Below, piece after piece: positions 29,801 through 42,000 of a DNA stretch of 64,000 nt. Under the pieces are notes generated by a model. The model saw only the letters and a program-made list of their open reading frames with translations, was not told where the DNA came from and searched no databases. How positions within the stretch are numbered: position 1 is the first letter of the stretch; each line of letters starts with the position of its first letter. The position numbers and the translations under genes were made by a program. Source of the stretch: Podarcis cretensis (taxonomy: Eukaryota); the NCBI GenBank assembly GCA_951804945.1, contig OX638164.1:29512001-29576000 (forward strand). The letters run 5' to 3'.

Positions 29801-32800
29801 CTAAGAAAGGACTGTCCAGCCTCTGCTCCCAGTGAGGCAATACAGGAAACTGCATTATCCCAAGACAAACCATTGCTCCCTCTAGCTCAGTTCGGTCAGC
29901 ACTGACTAGCAGCCATTCTTCCAGGGTTTCAGGCAGGGAGTCTTCTTTCACAGCCCTACCTGGAGATGCCGGGGATTGAACCACAAGGGCTCCACCACTG
30001 AGCTCTGTCCCTTCCCAAGGGAGAGTCCACCATGGTTTCGGTGTCAGGACTGCTCTTGCCTTTAAGAAGTCTCCAAATGCTCATCTGAGTTCTCCCCTCC
30101 TGGGATATAAGCCCCTAGGATCTAGTCCTGTCCTCTGGCACAACAGAGGATAGTTCTTCGTCCTTTTTTTAAGGCATTTTTATATATTGCTATTATCCAC
30201 CCCTATAACTCAGGCCTTTAAGAATACACTTCATTCTATGACTTGCTCTCTTCAGCACCAGCCGTCTTTCCCTGCCTTCCTCTGTTCCAACCTGGTTACT
30301 AGGAAAGCAACAGAAAATGCCCTGTTGTCCCAATGCAAATCCATTCACCAGTCAATGCTCAGTCCTGTTTGTACGAACACTTTGCAAGAAGCAGACCCAG
30401 GAAAAGCAGCAGGCAAGCAAGAGAACGGTAAAGACACAAGAACCTCACCTGGCTTTTCCTTGTTCCCACGCGGATAGTCTCTTTCTTCAAGCCATTCTTC
30501 TCCTGTGAAGAAATGTCTCCAATTACTCCAAAGAGGGAGGGTTATTATGGTGGCAATTCCACAATCTCCCCGCAAAACCCTACACCAAGAGGAAGCTTGC
30601 ACCAGCCAAGCCTTTCCTCGCAAAGGGGCTGCCAAGCAGGGTGGGACAGTTAAGCCATGGAAGTGGACACAGAAGGCATCCCAGGAAGCCCCACACTGGA
30701 ACTTTCCTGGGCAGACACCTTCTGCAATGTTCGCTACATTAAAAGGAACAGCCCTAAAGGATAGCTGGGCAACGTGCAATTAGATACCCATCCCTCTTGC
30801 CTGCCTCCCTTGTGTCAGATCTAAAATTCTACGCTTCTCTGGGCAGGGGTCCGCCTTTCCCTTTGTTATGCTGTAAAGCACCATAACATCGTTGGCACAA
30901 CCACAAAGAACTATTACTAATGTCGTTTTTATTGCCTGACCTGACCAGTCCTAGCCCAGCAACCCTTGACAGGCTTTAGGGCAAAGAACACATGTGTCAA
31001 AGACCTGAAAGAAGCATAGGTTATTCAGTAGCACAACTGGCCCCAAGGGGCAGTCATCTGCTTCCCAAGAGTCCCCCAAAGACCAGGCCGCGCAACGCAG
31101 GTAAGCAGCACATGGAACGAGCAAGGGCCCTGCAGGAAAAGGTGCCTGCAGAGCCATACAGGGCACAGGACAAGATAGCACTGAGACAAACATTATCAGT
31201 TAAGAGCCTATCAAGTCCTAATTGCAGATAGAAGTATTCCTCAGTAGGGTCTGTCTGTTGCGGTAAAGTTTCACCCCAAAATATGTCATAATACACACAG
31301 CTGAAAAGAGAGATTGTGTATGCATGAGTGTGGGTAAGAGAGGCAGGGAGAGAAGTATGAAGTCCTGGACAATAACCCAGGGCCAGAAAATCTTCAGACC
31401 TGTCAAAATGGCTGTTAAGATTTGGAAATATTTCCCCAGACCTGCAAAGAGGCTTGGAGAGACATATGCCTCTTACCTGACTGTCCTGCAGCACCACCTT
31501 TGCCATCTCAACAGAGGTTTGCAACCCAGGACCCAGTGAAGAGGAGAAGAAAGATGTCTTTGCTAGAGGGGAGAGGAAGACCTGCTGCCTTGCTCTGTCA
31601 GCGTCTAATCAAGGGAGTCTCTCCTTGCAAACTAGCCCCAACCTGGCAGCAGAGATAAGGCAGAGAAGGGGAAAGGGCGTTCAAGGGGGGTGGGGAGAAG
31701 GAAGGAACTGAGCCTGGAGGGAACTGCAGCTGCAGGGGCTGCTTGCAAGGAACTGTCCGGGTTTTGCACAGAAAGAAATTGTTCTGGGAAAGACAGGCAG
31801 CAGAAGACAATCTCCCAGAGCAAAGCAATTGACAAAGGGGCCATTTGCACAAGTGAACAAGGGACATTTCAACCACTTATTTGCAATATAGGGCAGGGGG
31901 AGGGTGGCGGCGCAGATGGGGAGATACAATCAAACTGCATGGCAAACAACTATAATCTCAATGGATCAGAATGCAGGAAGCTATCATCCTGAGAACCTCC
32001 TTGCTTCCGCCCATGGTGGCCAGGGCTATCTGTGCCATCCACAAAGTTCTGCAGCAAGGAAGTGCACAAGCTGGGCTGATATTTACTTTCTAGGACATCT
32101 CCCAAGAGAATGCGGCTCTTCTTAGGGTGGTGGCTGTGGAAAGGAGTACATAAAGACAAGAAATGGGATGCAGCGAGATAGGAAAAAACACAGGAAAGTG
32201 GCACAGGTAGGCAGTAGAGCTAAAAATGGGCAGTAGATATCAATAGTTCATAGGAGAGATTGGTAGTCACAAGGTACTGAAGCCCCATGTGTGACTTCTG
32301 GAAGTCAACCCCAAATCATCAGTTCCTTTCAGTCTTCATCAAACATAGCCATGAGCACTAGCTATTTAGCTTCAGGGAAGAAAAAGAGAGATACCATCAG
32401 GGTGCTGAAAGCAGCAGTTTCTGTGTTTGTAGGGCAATTATGCAGCCAAGGGGGACAGAAAGAGGTGCTTAGTGTGAAGAGAGAAGAGAATTTGTTTGAA
32501 TCTGGGACTGAAAACACAGAAACAGGCAAGCTGTGTAGGTGTCCACCATACAGTATCACCCAAAAGGCTCAGGCCCAACAGCCCAAAATCCAGGCAAAGG
32601 CTCGGGTTTGGAAGCTAATATAACAGTCTCCCCATGGGAAGGCTATGGGATGTATTCCCAGCGGAACTTTGAAAGGGTATGTGAAAGTGTGAGTGTGCAC
32701 GCAGAAACTAGAAAAACAGCTTTATGAAGCACCCTATAGCAGAGGGGAATGCAAGAGGGCACCTGAAAGCAGCAAACCCACACTTCTCTTCGCCGCCACC

Positions 32801-33620
32801 GCACTCTGGCTCACCTTGGCTGCCAGTAGAAACTGCCTGGAGATATCTGTACAGTGTACTACCTAACAGGGCAAAGGTGTGTCCTACCAAGCCACCCTTC
32901 GGATTAGGCAAGAGTGCCTTGCCACACAGAGGCAGAGCTCAAGTTGCACAACGTTGTGCAAGAAACAAGAGGCATCTGATTTTGGCAGGAGCACATTCTA
33001 GAAATGCAACCTGCCTCCCTTGACCGGCAAAGGGCAAAATAGCCCTGGGAGAAACACCAGCCTCTCCCAATGTTTCTCTGCAGATATAAAGCGGATTACA
33101 GGGATACTAACATGAAACACTTTGGGCACTCGAATGAGGCCAGTGCCCTGTTGTTGTTCTTGTTACTGTTGTTATCATAAACAAAATTGTGTGTGTGTGT
33201 GTGTATATAAATCGAGTTTCATAAAAATCAAACTAGCACTACCATTTAACAACTATATTCCCCCTTCCTAAGGAAAGTAGCACTGGAGGACACACAGGTG
33301 TAGGAAAAGAGAGATACCACCCAAGTAAGTCGGGGGGTGGGGAGGAGTAGCAGATAGGCAGACGTGGTCGGAGACAACCCCCGTCCCCGGGCCCATCAGC
33401 GGGGGCTGAACTCATTTGCATCTCATTAAAGACCCCCGCGACGCACGTGAGGTCACCACCATGAACAGAGGTCACCTCGCGACGTCCTCCGCCATTGGCT
33501 GAGCCCCGGGAAGCCCCGCCCCTCCGGCCCCTCTCTCTCCCTCCCCCTCCCCAAAGCGAGCGAAGAGCCGGTCAAGGCAGCGGCGGAGAGGCTCACCGAG
33601 GCGGGCGGCGAGCTGGTCAT
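20871..33620 (-). CDS. HMBS: Hydroxymethylbilane synthase (porphobilinogen deaminase), housekeeping isoform, 14 coding exons, 358 aa
   Basis: Exons (minus strand) 33597-33620, 30449-30502, 28193-28265, 27049-27098, 26902-26957, 26350-26427, 25918-25995, 25547-25622, 24989-25102, 24665-24703, 23544-23663, 22976-23029, 22134-22223, 20871-21041; total 1077 nt. Motifs: [64 protein letters not shown] (cofactor Cys). The 24-nt first exon is less certain than the rest. Confidence 0.96.
21142..21487 (+). mobile_element. Sauria SINE in the last intron of HMBS
   Basis: GCTGTGGTCTAAACCACTGAGCCTAGG...CAACCTAGCAGTTCAAAAGCAC...CAGGGGTCCTTTTA. Confidence 0.88.
25103..25546 (-). other. U12-type GT-AG intron in HMBS
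   Basis: 5' site ATT|GTATCCTTTTG; branch-like TTTCCCTTAAT about 11 nt before the acceptor AG. Confidence 0.88.
27542..27860. mobile_element. Tigger-like MITE nested in the tail of an older SINE (about 27355-27900)
   Basis: TIR CAGTGGTGCCTCGCAAGACGAA / TTCGTCTTGCGGGGCACCATTG; TA TSD; internal (TTAGCGGC)-like tandem units. Confidence 0.85.
27868..27900. repeat. (AAAT)n SINE-tail microsatellite
   Basis: Read directly. Confidence 0.85.
28680..29030 (+). mobile_element. Degenerate CR1-like 3' fragment
   Basis: TTCCGGACAGGCAAAGGGAAGGACTTCTTCACACAGAGCGTAATTAAA (FRT.K.K.FFTQ.VI), followed by a ...GGACTAGATGG... tail. Confidence 0.55.
31477..31506 (-). CDS. HMBS: Candidate alternative (erythroid-type) first coding exon of [14 protein letters not shown]
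   Basis: gagATGG Kozak context, 10 codons, strong phase-0 donor CAG|GTAAGA in frame with exon 30449-30502. GATA and CACCC sites lie 150-190 nt upstream. Confidence 0.7.
31643..31695 (-). promoter_or_regulatory. Candidate erythroid promoter of HMBS (GATA1/TAL1 composite and KLF1 CACCC box)
   Basis: CTG-N7-AGATAA at 31643-31658; CCCCACCCC (minus strand) at 31687-31695. Confidence 0.65.
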
Positions 33621-33738
33621 GCCGCTGGTGGCGCCGAGCAGCGAAGGGGGCCGGCAGGCAGGCGGGGCGAGGGCTGGAGGGGGTCCCGCTCTGGGTCAAC
33701 TAGGCGCTGCCGGTTCCATCGCCACTCCGGGGAGCCAC

Positions 33739-33772
33739 GCATGCGCCTCCCCGTCCCGGACGTCACTTCCGG
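33739..33772 (-). promoter_or_regulatory. HMBS housekeeping CpG-island promoter: NRF1-like and ETS-CRE composite
   Basis: GCATGCGC 33739-33746; CCGGAAGTGACGTC (minus strand) 33759-33772, within a CpG island at about 33350-33990. Confidence 0.65.
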
Positions 33773-36051
33773 CTTCCTGTTCCTCCCACAGGCGACTTTC
33801 CATGAATGGGAGGTGGCTCCCGATGCCCTTTATACCGTAATTACCGTCGACGCGGCGCACGCCCTTTTCAGAAACGTGAAGCCGGGGGCGCCGCTGGATT
33901 GCCTCGCGTTCCGGTCCTTGCAGTGAGGCGCTGTGGACGCAGCACGTGGCTCCGGCCGAATATTTTACGGGCAGTGGAGCGTCTCCTGCCCGAATACACC
34001 AGTTAGGCGTTTGAAAGGGGCTGACCTATAGTATTATGCAAACTACCTGCAAATCGCCTTCAACAGTGTCACGAAATTCATTCTAAAATTGAGGAAACGT
34101 TGCTTGAAAGGCCTGGGAGAGCCGCTACCAGCCAGCCAATGAGGCAGAAGGGCCAATGGTCTGGTTGGTGTAAAGCTGCTTCCTGTGTAACTCTCTGCTA
34201 CAAGATGAGCTGACAAGGAACGCTACCTTAAACGGAGAGGTCTCTCAGGCTTCTCATCCTGTAATATGGAGCCCCCAGGGGCACAAGAAGTAGATCACTG
34301 CATACTGAAAATGGGACCCACTGACTGGTGTTCATCCCTGATGGTGCTGCAAATGAGTTTATTGGAGGTGGCCTAATTAGCAAGTGCAGCTGGCAGGATA
34401 GTAGACGAGTGTGGTGCTCGACTGGATCCAGCAAGGAAATTTGCATGTGTTTTATTAAAAGGGGATTGAACCAACTGATGGAAGTGAAGAGGTTTAACGA
34501 TGTGTATTAGGAACCCCAGCTCTCAAAGAGCATAACTATAAATAGTGTAAGAGCAGCTCTACTGCTGTAGCCCACACACCACCTAGTTCTGTATGCCAGT
34601 AACAGCCCAACCAAGTGAGAGCAACCAACCCCTTCACCCCTTTTACCAAACTTTTCTCTAAACCAGTCATTCCATCCATCATTTTGGGTGCCCGTTTCTA
34701 ACAATGTAATATTTTTTCCATAGATTGGTGTTGCAGCATTATGATATCAACAGTTTTCTTTTCAGTTTCTTTCCCAATGATTCCTAGCATGGAAGTTGTC
34801 CTTTTTCACAGCTGCCACGTGCTACGTCAACACCTTCATTGAGCTATCCACTGCCACCCACAAGGTCCCATTCCTGGCAGCTCACCATCAGATTCACAGA
34901 CCACGAGGTATATGTAAAATTAAGGTATTTTGCCCCAACATACATCAATTCATGGTTTAGAGTGAACTGCATTTTCCTCATTATCTCCAGAGAGAGAAAA
35001 GAGCAGGCAGCTGTGGGAGGAAGCTCAAACCTGCATCTAGCCTCAAAGACTATTCCTCCCTCTGTGGTAGAAGATGGTGCCCCAAGAAAGATGAAGGAGC
35101 AGGGAGGAAGCTCCCTGTGGCTTGCAGCACAGTTCCAATGCATAACTGCTCTTGCAAAGTCAAGAACCAAGGAGGTGAAGTGACGGGGTGGTAGGAAGCT
35201 AATTGCAACAGAGGAGATGGGAGGAACCAGCTCAGATAACAGCCATCTGCCTGCAGGCCCAGCTTCTACTACCACCCACAAACTATACCAGAAATCTAAT
35301 CCTGAGCAAGATTAGCCACAGAACTGGGCCTTTTCTATGAAGTAGCTCCTCTGGGCTCTCACGGAAATACCAAAGAATTGGGAAGGCGGGAGGGAGAGAG
35401 AGGCAGTTGTTCAGAAAGGAAGCAAGAGTATACATACATATACAGGAAGACCCATAGTTCTCTTCACCCACATTCAAACACTTTATAGCTCAAGCAAGTA
35501 AACCGCTATTAAGTGAAGGGTTACAGAGATATTAGTGCTGAACATTATTTACATCTTCAATCCACCTCCCCAGGAAAATAACTCTTCCAGTTCCAGAATC
35601 CAGTCAGTTTAGTTCCACGCTGTATATCTTTGATGAGGGCAACACAGGCTTACTAGAGATCCTCCTCATACAGAGCTTGGAACACAAGAGGCACCAGGAG
35701 AAAGTTGGAGCAGAGAGCTCGTTTTCACCACACAGTCTTACAGGAGCCCACTGCTAATGCTGAAGCACCAGACTTTTAACCAGGAGACTTAACCAGCAGG
35801 CTGTAAGGCTTGGAGAAGCAGGCCTGGCTGTAGTCAGGCAAAATAATAATAATAATAATAATAACAATAATAAACAAGCCAGAGTTCCCTTGGTCTCTCT
35901 CTCCGTTTCCTAAGCCAGTTACGCAGCCCTCCTGGTCTTCAGTCAAATCCTAGCCTCTTTTGGGTCACAGTGCACTAGAAAAAGAAGCTGATTGCATCAC
36001 TCGTTCGGAGAGCCAAGGTCAGGGGACTGAAGGACACCCACCCACCACCAT

Positions 36052-39000
36052 CTAAGTGCTCCGTTTTGTGTGTATCAGCAGCTCACGCTGCAAGCCTGCA
36101 TCAAGTACTGCAGCAGATTTGCCTGGAGGAAGGTCTGTGATGAGGGTGAGCTTGTTGAAAACGCCTCGGCCAAAATAATCCGCAACCACAGAAAAGCTGT
36201 CATTGGAGCATTTCATCTGTAAGGTGGAACAAACAAAAGCTTCACTTTCGGGGGCATTTGGGGTGGGAAATTCTATCATTTACTATACATTTTGGAAAAT
36301 GGTTTGCCTCTATATGTTCGGCCACCTCTTGAGATATCATTGTCAAACTCAGCACGATGGTTCCCAAGGTGGGGCAGTAGACTTGGTTGCTGTCTGGGTA
36401 CAGACGCCATTTTGAACCAAGATGGTGGACCGAAACATGACTTTGGCATGTCCTCACCCAACATCCAGAGTCATGGGTTCAAACACAAATTACACTACGC
36501 ATTTAAAACAACACAGTATTCCCCCCCTAAAAAATCCCAGGCAGTTGGATATAAGGTGTCATAATAAACCAGACTGGAAATCCAGCCAAGGAGCCCCACC
36601 TGGTGCTGGAACTGGTCGTGCAAGTCCCGCCTCTGCTCTTGAGCGCGGATCATGTCCATGACTTTGCGGTTCTCTGGCAAGCAGGTGGGACACTCCGACC
36701 CACTCTCCGAGTAGCTCTCAAAGCAGTGCTGGTGGAAGGAGTGGCCACACAGAAAGTGAACTGAGGGCAGCTCCAAGGCACTGGTGCAAATGCTGCACTT
36801 GGTCTTCTGGAAGATCTTGGGACTGAGAAAAGGAAACACACAAGGGAAGGGCAAGGAAGAGAGATGGTTTTCAGGGACACACAATGTGCAGAAGCAACAG
36901 CAACACATTCCTATGATGCCCACACTGTATTTGGGCATCGAGCTTCTCCCCTGCCCTGGATTCCAGGATTGCTACAGCAGCTGTAAGTAAATAGCAGCTG
37001 TACTCTTGATCCATCTCAATCCCTTCCAAGGAACCACCTGGACTTGTTCATCACACTGCACCACCAAACAGAGCACAATGGGCAGAAGGCAGGAAAGTGG
37101 CATGTAGTGATGTCTTGCTCCCTCTGGAGGCCGCGTCTTATGGAGGTCAGACAGGCCCAGCAACTTGGACTGCGGCTACCTGCTTTTGAGCTCCTCGATC
37201 TCCTTGCGGATCCACTTAGTCTCCTCCCGGTACTTCTGAATCCTCTGCTCGTCCTGCTCAATCTGGCGGCTCTGCTTCTGCAGCTTGCTGACCAGGTAAT
37301 CCTTGATGACAGACAGGGTGGCTGTGGAGTTGTGAGCCAGAGTCTGCACAACTGGACAGAGGGGGCAATCCATCAGCACAGGGAAGGAGAGGGAGTGGGG
37401 CAATTTATATTACACCTGAGTGAGCACAAATCTACCTTGTCCCTTCAAACCACAGGGGAGGGGCCCTTCAGCATTCTCTGTCCCATTCCATAACACTTCA
37501 GACCCTTTAACGGCCAAGATTCAGACAGCAAAGGACAATTTAAACTTGTTATCCATTGACAAAGGATGGATCAGAAAAACAAATAAACCTTCAGCCAAAA
37601 GCATCACTGGCGTCAAGAGTAAGAGCAGCATTGTGACGTTAACATATGAGAGAGTGCTGGAGGTGAAATAGTTAAACAGGTTGCCCAGTCAGGACCTGGG
37701 GGCTGGAGTCAGTGGGACTATAAAACCAGCTCTGGGAGAGGCAAAGGGGAGAGTTCATTGGGGAGTTAGTTGAGGAGTTAGTTGGGAGTTGGGTGGTTGG
37801 TTGGAGTGGGAGTGAATTGGGCTAGAGTTGTGGGTAGGGTGAGTTGGTGTAGCGAAATAGGCTGAGTCAGGAACAGTTAGGGGCTACGCAGACAAGTATA
37901 TATCTGAGAGGTGGTTTAGTGTGTGAGAGCAGGTAGCAAAAGTTATAGGTCTGGATAGGCACCCCATGAATGTAATTGACGGATACCATTTATGAAACCA
38001 CACGCTTGTTAAACTGCAATAAATAAACAAAACTTTATGTTTCAATTTAACCCCGACTGGACTCAGTATTGTCCCAGGTAGGGCCTGGGTGGTGGCAGCA
38101 AGAAATAAAGTGGTGGCACAGGGATCGATAGACGGTGAAACATCCGGGGACCCTGTGTGATCACCACAGAAAAAGAGGGCAATTTAAACTTGTTATCCAT
38201 TGATAAAGGGTGGTTCAGAAAAACAAATAAACCTTCAGCCAAAAGCATCACTGGTGTCAAGAGTAGGAGCAGCATCTGGCCTCCATAGGGTCTTGGAAGG
38301 CAGGTCATTCTCATAAAGGGAGAGGCTGAAGGATTTAACTAGAAGCTCTTTTGCTTAAGAGACTGGTTTTAATTCCCAGCTCCATCCACCCCAGAAGCTT
38401 CCCAAAGCCAAGCCTCTCAAGGAGACCGCCTCAGCCATCCCCACCCCCCGCCTGGAAGTGGAACCTCCCTCACCCAGCAGGGGCGGCATGAGATTCTTGG
38501 TCTCAATGTGCTTGAGCACAGCTGTGATGTACTCTTTGCAGTCCTCCTCCTTGTGGGCAAAGTAGCCGAGGGCTTGTTCCCAAAGGCAGGCCTCCTGGTC
38601 TCCGTACAGCTCACAGACTTCCACCACCTTCTTGTACTGCTCGTTCTGCATGTGGTAGTGCATGATCTGCTGGAAACTGGGGAAGGAAGGGAGAAGAGGG
38701 CTCTTTCCACCAGGAGGCCACATATAATGCCCTTGAGCCCACCTGCTGCTCTCCAAACCTTCCTTAGCTACATAGCCTGGGCACAGATCAACCAGGTCCA
38801 AACCCTGCACATAGGCTGCAAAGCCTGGTCTACAATATCCGGCACCCTCCTCATTGGGGAAGCTCCAGAAACCCTCTTCCAACCCCCACACAGAGTAGGA
38901 GGCTACTGGTGCCTCTAGACTCACAGCTTGCCCTGTTCGTAGAGGTACAGGACACCATCCTTGAAGTTGTGCATCTGGCACAGGACCAAAGCCTTATCGA

Positions 39001-42000
39001 AGACACTCCGAAACTTCCCACTCTTCAGCAAGGAAATGGCTTCATTGTGCAGCCTCTCTTTGACCTACACGGAGCCCAAAGCCAAGAAAACATCAAGCTA
39101 ATAAGCAGAGCTCTGCAGCAACCAGATCAGGCCAAAGGAGGCCCATCCAGGCCAGTATCCTGTTCTTACAGTGGCCAACCAGATGGCATAATGCAAGGAG
39201 AGCTAAATGCAACAGAAGCACTTTCCTGCTCTTGCCCACCGATTCTGGAGAGAGCATGCAACCATCAGGAATAATAGCATTGCCCTCCGCGAATGGGTCT
39301 AATCCTTTTTTGAAGCCATTCAGTTGGTGATCATCACTAAATCATGTGGGAGTGGATTCCATATTTTGTGTTCCATCTTCCCGTTTCTCTGCCCTGAATC
39401 TCCCACTATTCAGCTTTGCCGGATAACCCCAGGATCAAGAATTAGGAGATGGGCAAGGGACAGGGGTGGCTACGCTTCATTTCAAAAGTCTGATCCAGAC
39501 ACACACCTCCAAGCAACTGTTCTGGCACTGCCCCAATAACCCTCCAACTTTGGCAGAAAATAATAATGAAACAGACATACTGCTGTGTGGTGGATGGGCC
39601 CTAATTGGGTGTTTGTGTAGGGACGCAGGTGGCGCTGTGGGTTAAAGCCTCAGCGCCTAGGACTTGCCGATCGAAAGGTCGGCGGTTCGAATCCCTGCGG
39701 CGGGGTGCGCTCCCGCTGCTCGGTCCCAGCGCCTGCCAACCTAGCAGTTCGAAAGCACCTCCAGGTGCAAGTAGATAAATAGGGACCGCTTACCAGCGGG
39801 AAGGTAAACGGCGTTTCCGTGTGCGGCTCTGGCTCGCCAGAGCAGCAATGTCACGCTGGCCACGTGACCCGGAAGTGTCTCCGGACAGCGCTGGCCCCTG
39901 GCCTCTTAAGTGAGATGGGCGCACAACCCCAGAGTCTGTCAAGACTGGCCCGTACGGGCAGGGGTACCTTTACCTTTACCTTTAAACTGTCCTCTTCCTG
40001 GTCATCCAACTGGTCATTTGGTGTGCAGAGAGGAAAATATAATCTCCACTTTGCAGTTATATGCACAGATCTGCTGGGTGTGTGTGTGTGCAGGCAACAG
40101 TATGTGATAGTATCTGGTGAGGACCCACCTTTGGCATGCAGTTCCCTGCCCCCTGCGAAGGTTGACCAAGGTTCAATGTGGCACTTAGGGCAAAAGATGG
40201 GTTAGCCACCTGCGTCACAGGCACCTTGAACCAGAGCACCATGAATTGAGCTTTTCTCTCTTGCCAGCCTGATTTTCACCAGGCAGGTCACCCAAGACCT
40301 TGCTGCCAATGGCTTCCACCAGTCAACCTCCCCTGGGCACAACTAGAAATTTGACCCCAAGCAGACGGAGGACTGACCTGTGGATCCTGCTCATGCGCCC
40401 AGTTCTGGAGGCGGAGCTCCAGCAGGGTGTCGTACACGCCCTGTGGAGAGTCTGGCTGCACTTCTGACATGTGCTCTAGGAAGGCCTTCAGCTCCCGGGA
40501 ATTGTTGGCAAAAATGGGAATGAACTCATCAGGATTTGCCTACATTACAAAGAGAGAAGAGAGTGGGGAAAGGCAGGCATCAACCAGCCTAGATGGAACA
40601 TTCTGTGTCTCAGTTCTCCTGGCAGAATCTTCTGCAGCCCCAGATGTCCCAGAGCTCCCCCCACAACACATGTGGGGAACCTTTGGCTCTCCAGATGTCG
40701 CTGAACTACAACTCCCACCAGCCCCAGCAAGCAAATGGCCAGAAATGATGGGAGCTGTAGTTCAACAACACCTGGAGGGTCAGTGGCTCCCCACAACTGC
40801 CCTACAAGGAGCCTAGCAAAGACTGGCCAGTGCTCAGGACACAGCAAGCATCAACAAGTGCTATTGCAATAAACCCGGTATGAGGTATGTGTGTGTGTTT
40901 GTATGGGGAAGAATGGCTTATCTGAACAGCAACCAGACAAGCAAAAATTCTGCAAGCCACACAGGTCTGAGCCCTTTGCTGCCTCCCAGAGGTTGTTCAA
41001 CATTCCTGCCTTCCAACCAGTTCAGTCGGTAGAGCATGAGGCTCTTAATCTCAGGGTTGCGGGTTTGAACCCCACTTTGGGCAACAGGGGTTGGACAAGA
41101 TGACCCCAATGGTCCCTTCCAACTCTACAGTTCTATTACTCTGTTTGTCCCCCACAATACCCTGCAGGCTATCACCACTGAGCCTGCTTGCCCAGACTGT
41201 ATTTTACACTCAGCATTTTGTTCACTTAATGTCGATTACTCCTCATCCCCTGCTCTCCTTGGTGAGCACCATCCTCAGCTGCACAAAGGGCAGCAACGCA
41301 ACCCCCTCCCCGCCCCGAATCCAGCTGATACCTTCCTCCCTTCCAGTGCTCCAGGACCCTCACGATCCCCCACCGGCTGGTAGTTCGTGCACAGGACCTT
41401 CAGGAGCTCAGTGGTCTCATTCGGGACGTGATGCATGAGGATCTTGCCGTATCGCTTCATGTTGCTCTCGGCCTGCTCAAAGGGCAGCTTCCCAATGTAA
41501 CGCAGGGCTTCCTGGTAGTTCTGCACAAGAGAAGGGCAGGTGATAGGAGAGAGAGGTTGCTTTGGAGCCAACATGTTGGCCTTCTGCCTGCATGCAGAAC
41601 AGCTTTCCCAAACCGGGTGTCCTCTGCATGTTTTGCAGGACAACTCTGCTAAGTCCTAGCCAGCACAACAGCTGTGTGATGATGGGGGCTGAAACACACA
41701 GGGAAATGTGTGCTGCAGGACCACCACACATGGAAAGTTTGTGAGACAAATGTGCACGCTCTGCCCCTCTCGCCACCGTTCCTGTGGGTCCTCCACATAC
41801 TGAGTGCTGACCTTGCAAAGCGGGGAGCCTCCTGCACTCAAGAAAACTCTCCAATGCATTTTATAACCCTGACTTCAGTGTTTAAAAGTGCACAGGGTGC
41901 CTCAACAAGTACAAGAAGCTCAGAGCTTCAGTTAGACTTCAAATTGGGGAAGGGCAATAGGAATGAAAATGAGGGGGGCAGAGCTAGCACTCCCATCCCC

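Noticed and set aside
31477-31562. Reading the [10 protein letters not shown] exon as an internal cassette using the CTCTAG acceptor at 31563
   Set aside because: It would be 86 nt and shift the housekeeping frame; an alternative first exon fits better.
31500-31620. Iron-responsive element in the putative erythroid HMBS leader, by analogy with ALAS2
   Set aside because: No CAGUGH-loop hairpin on the minus (sense) strand.
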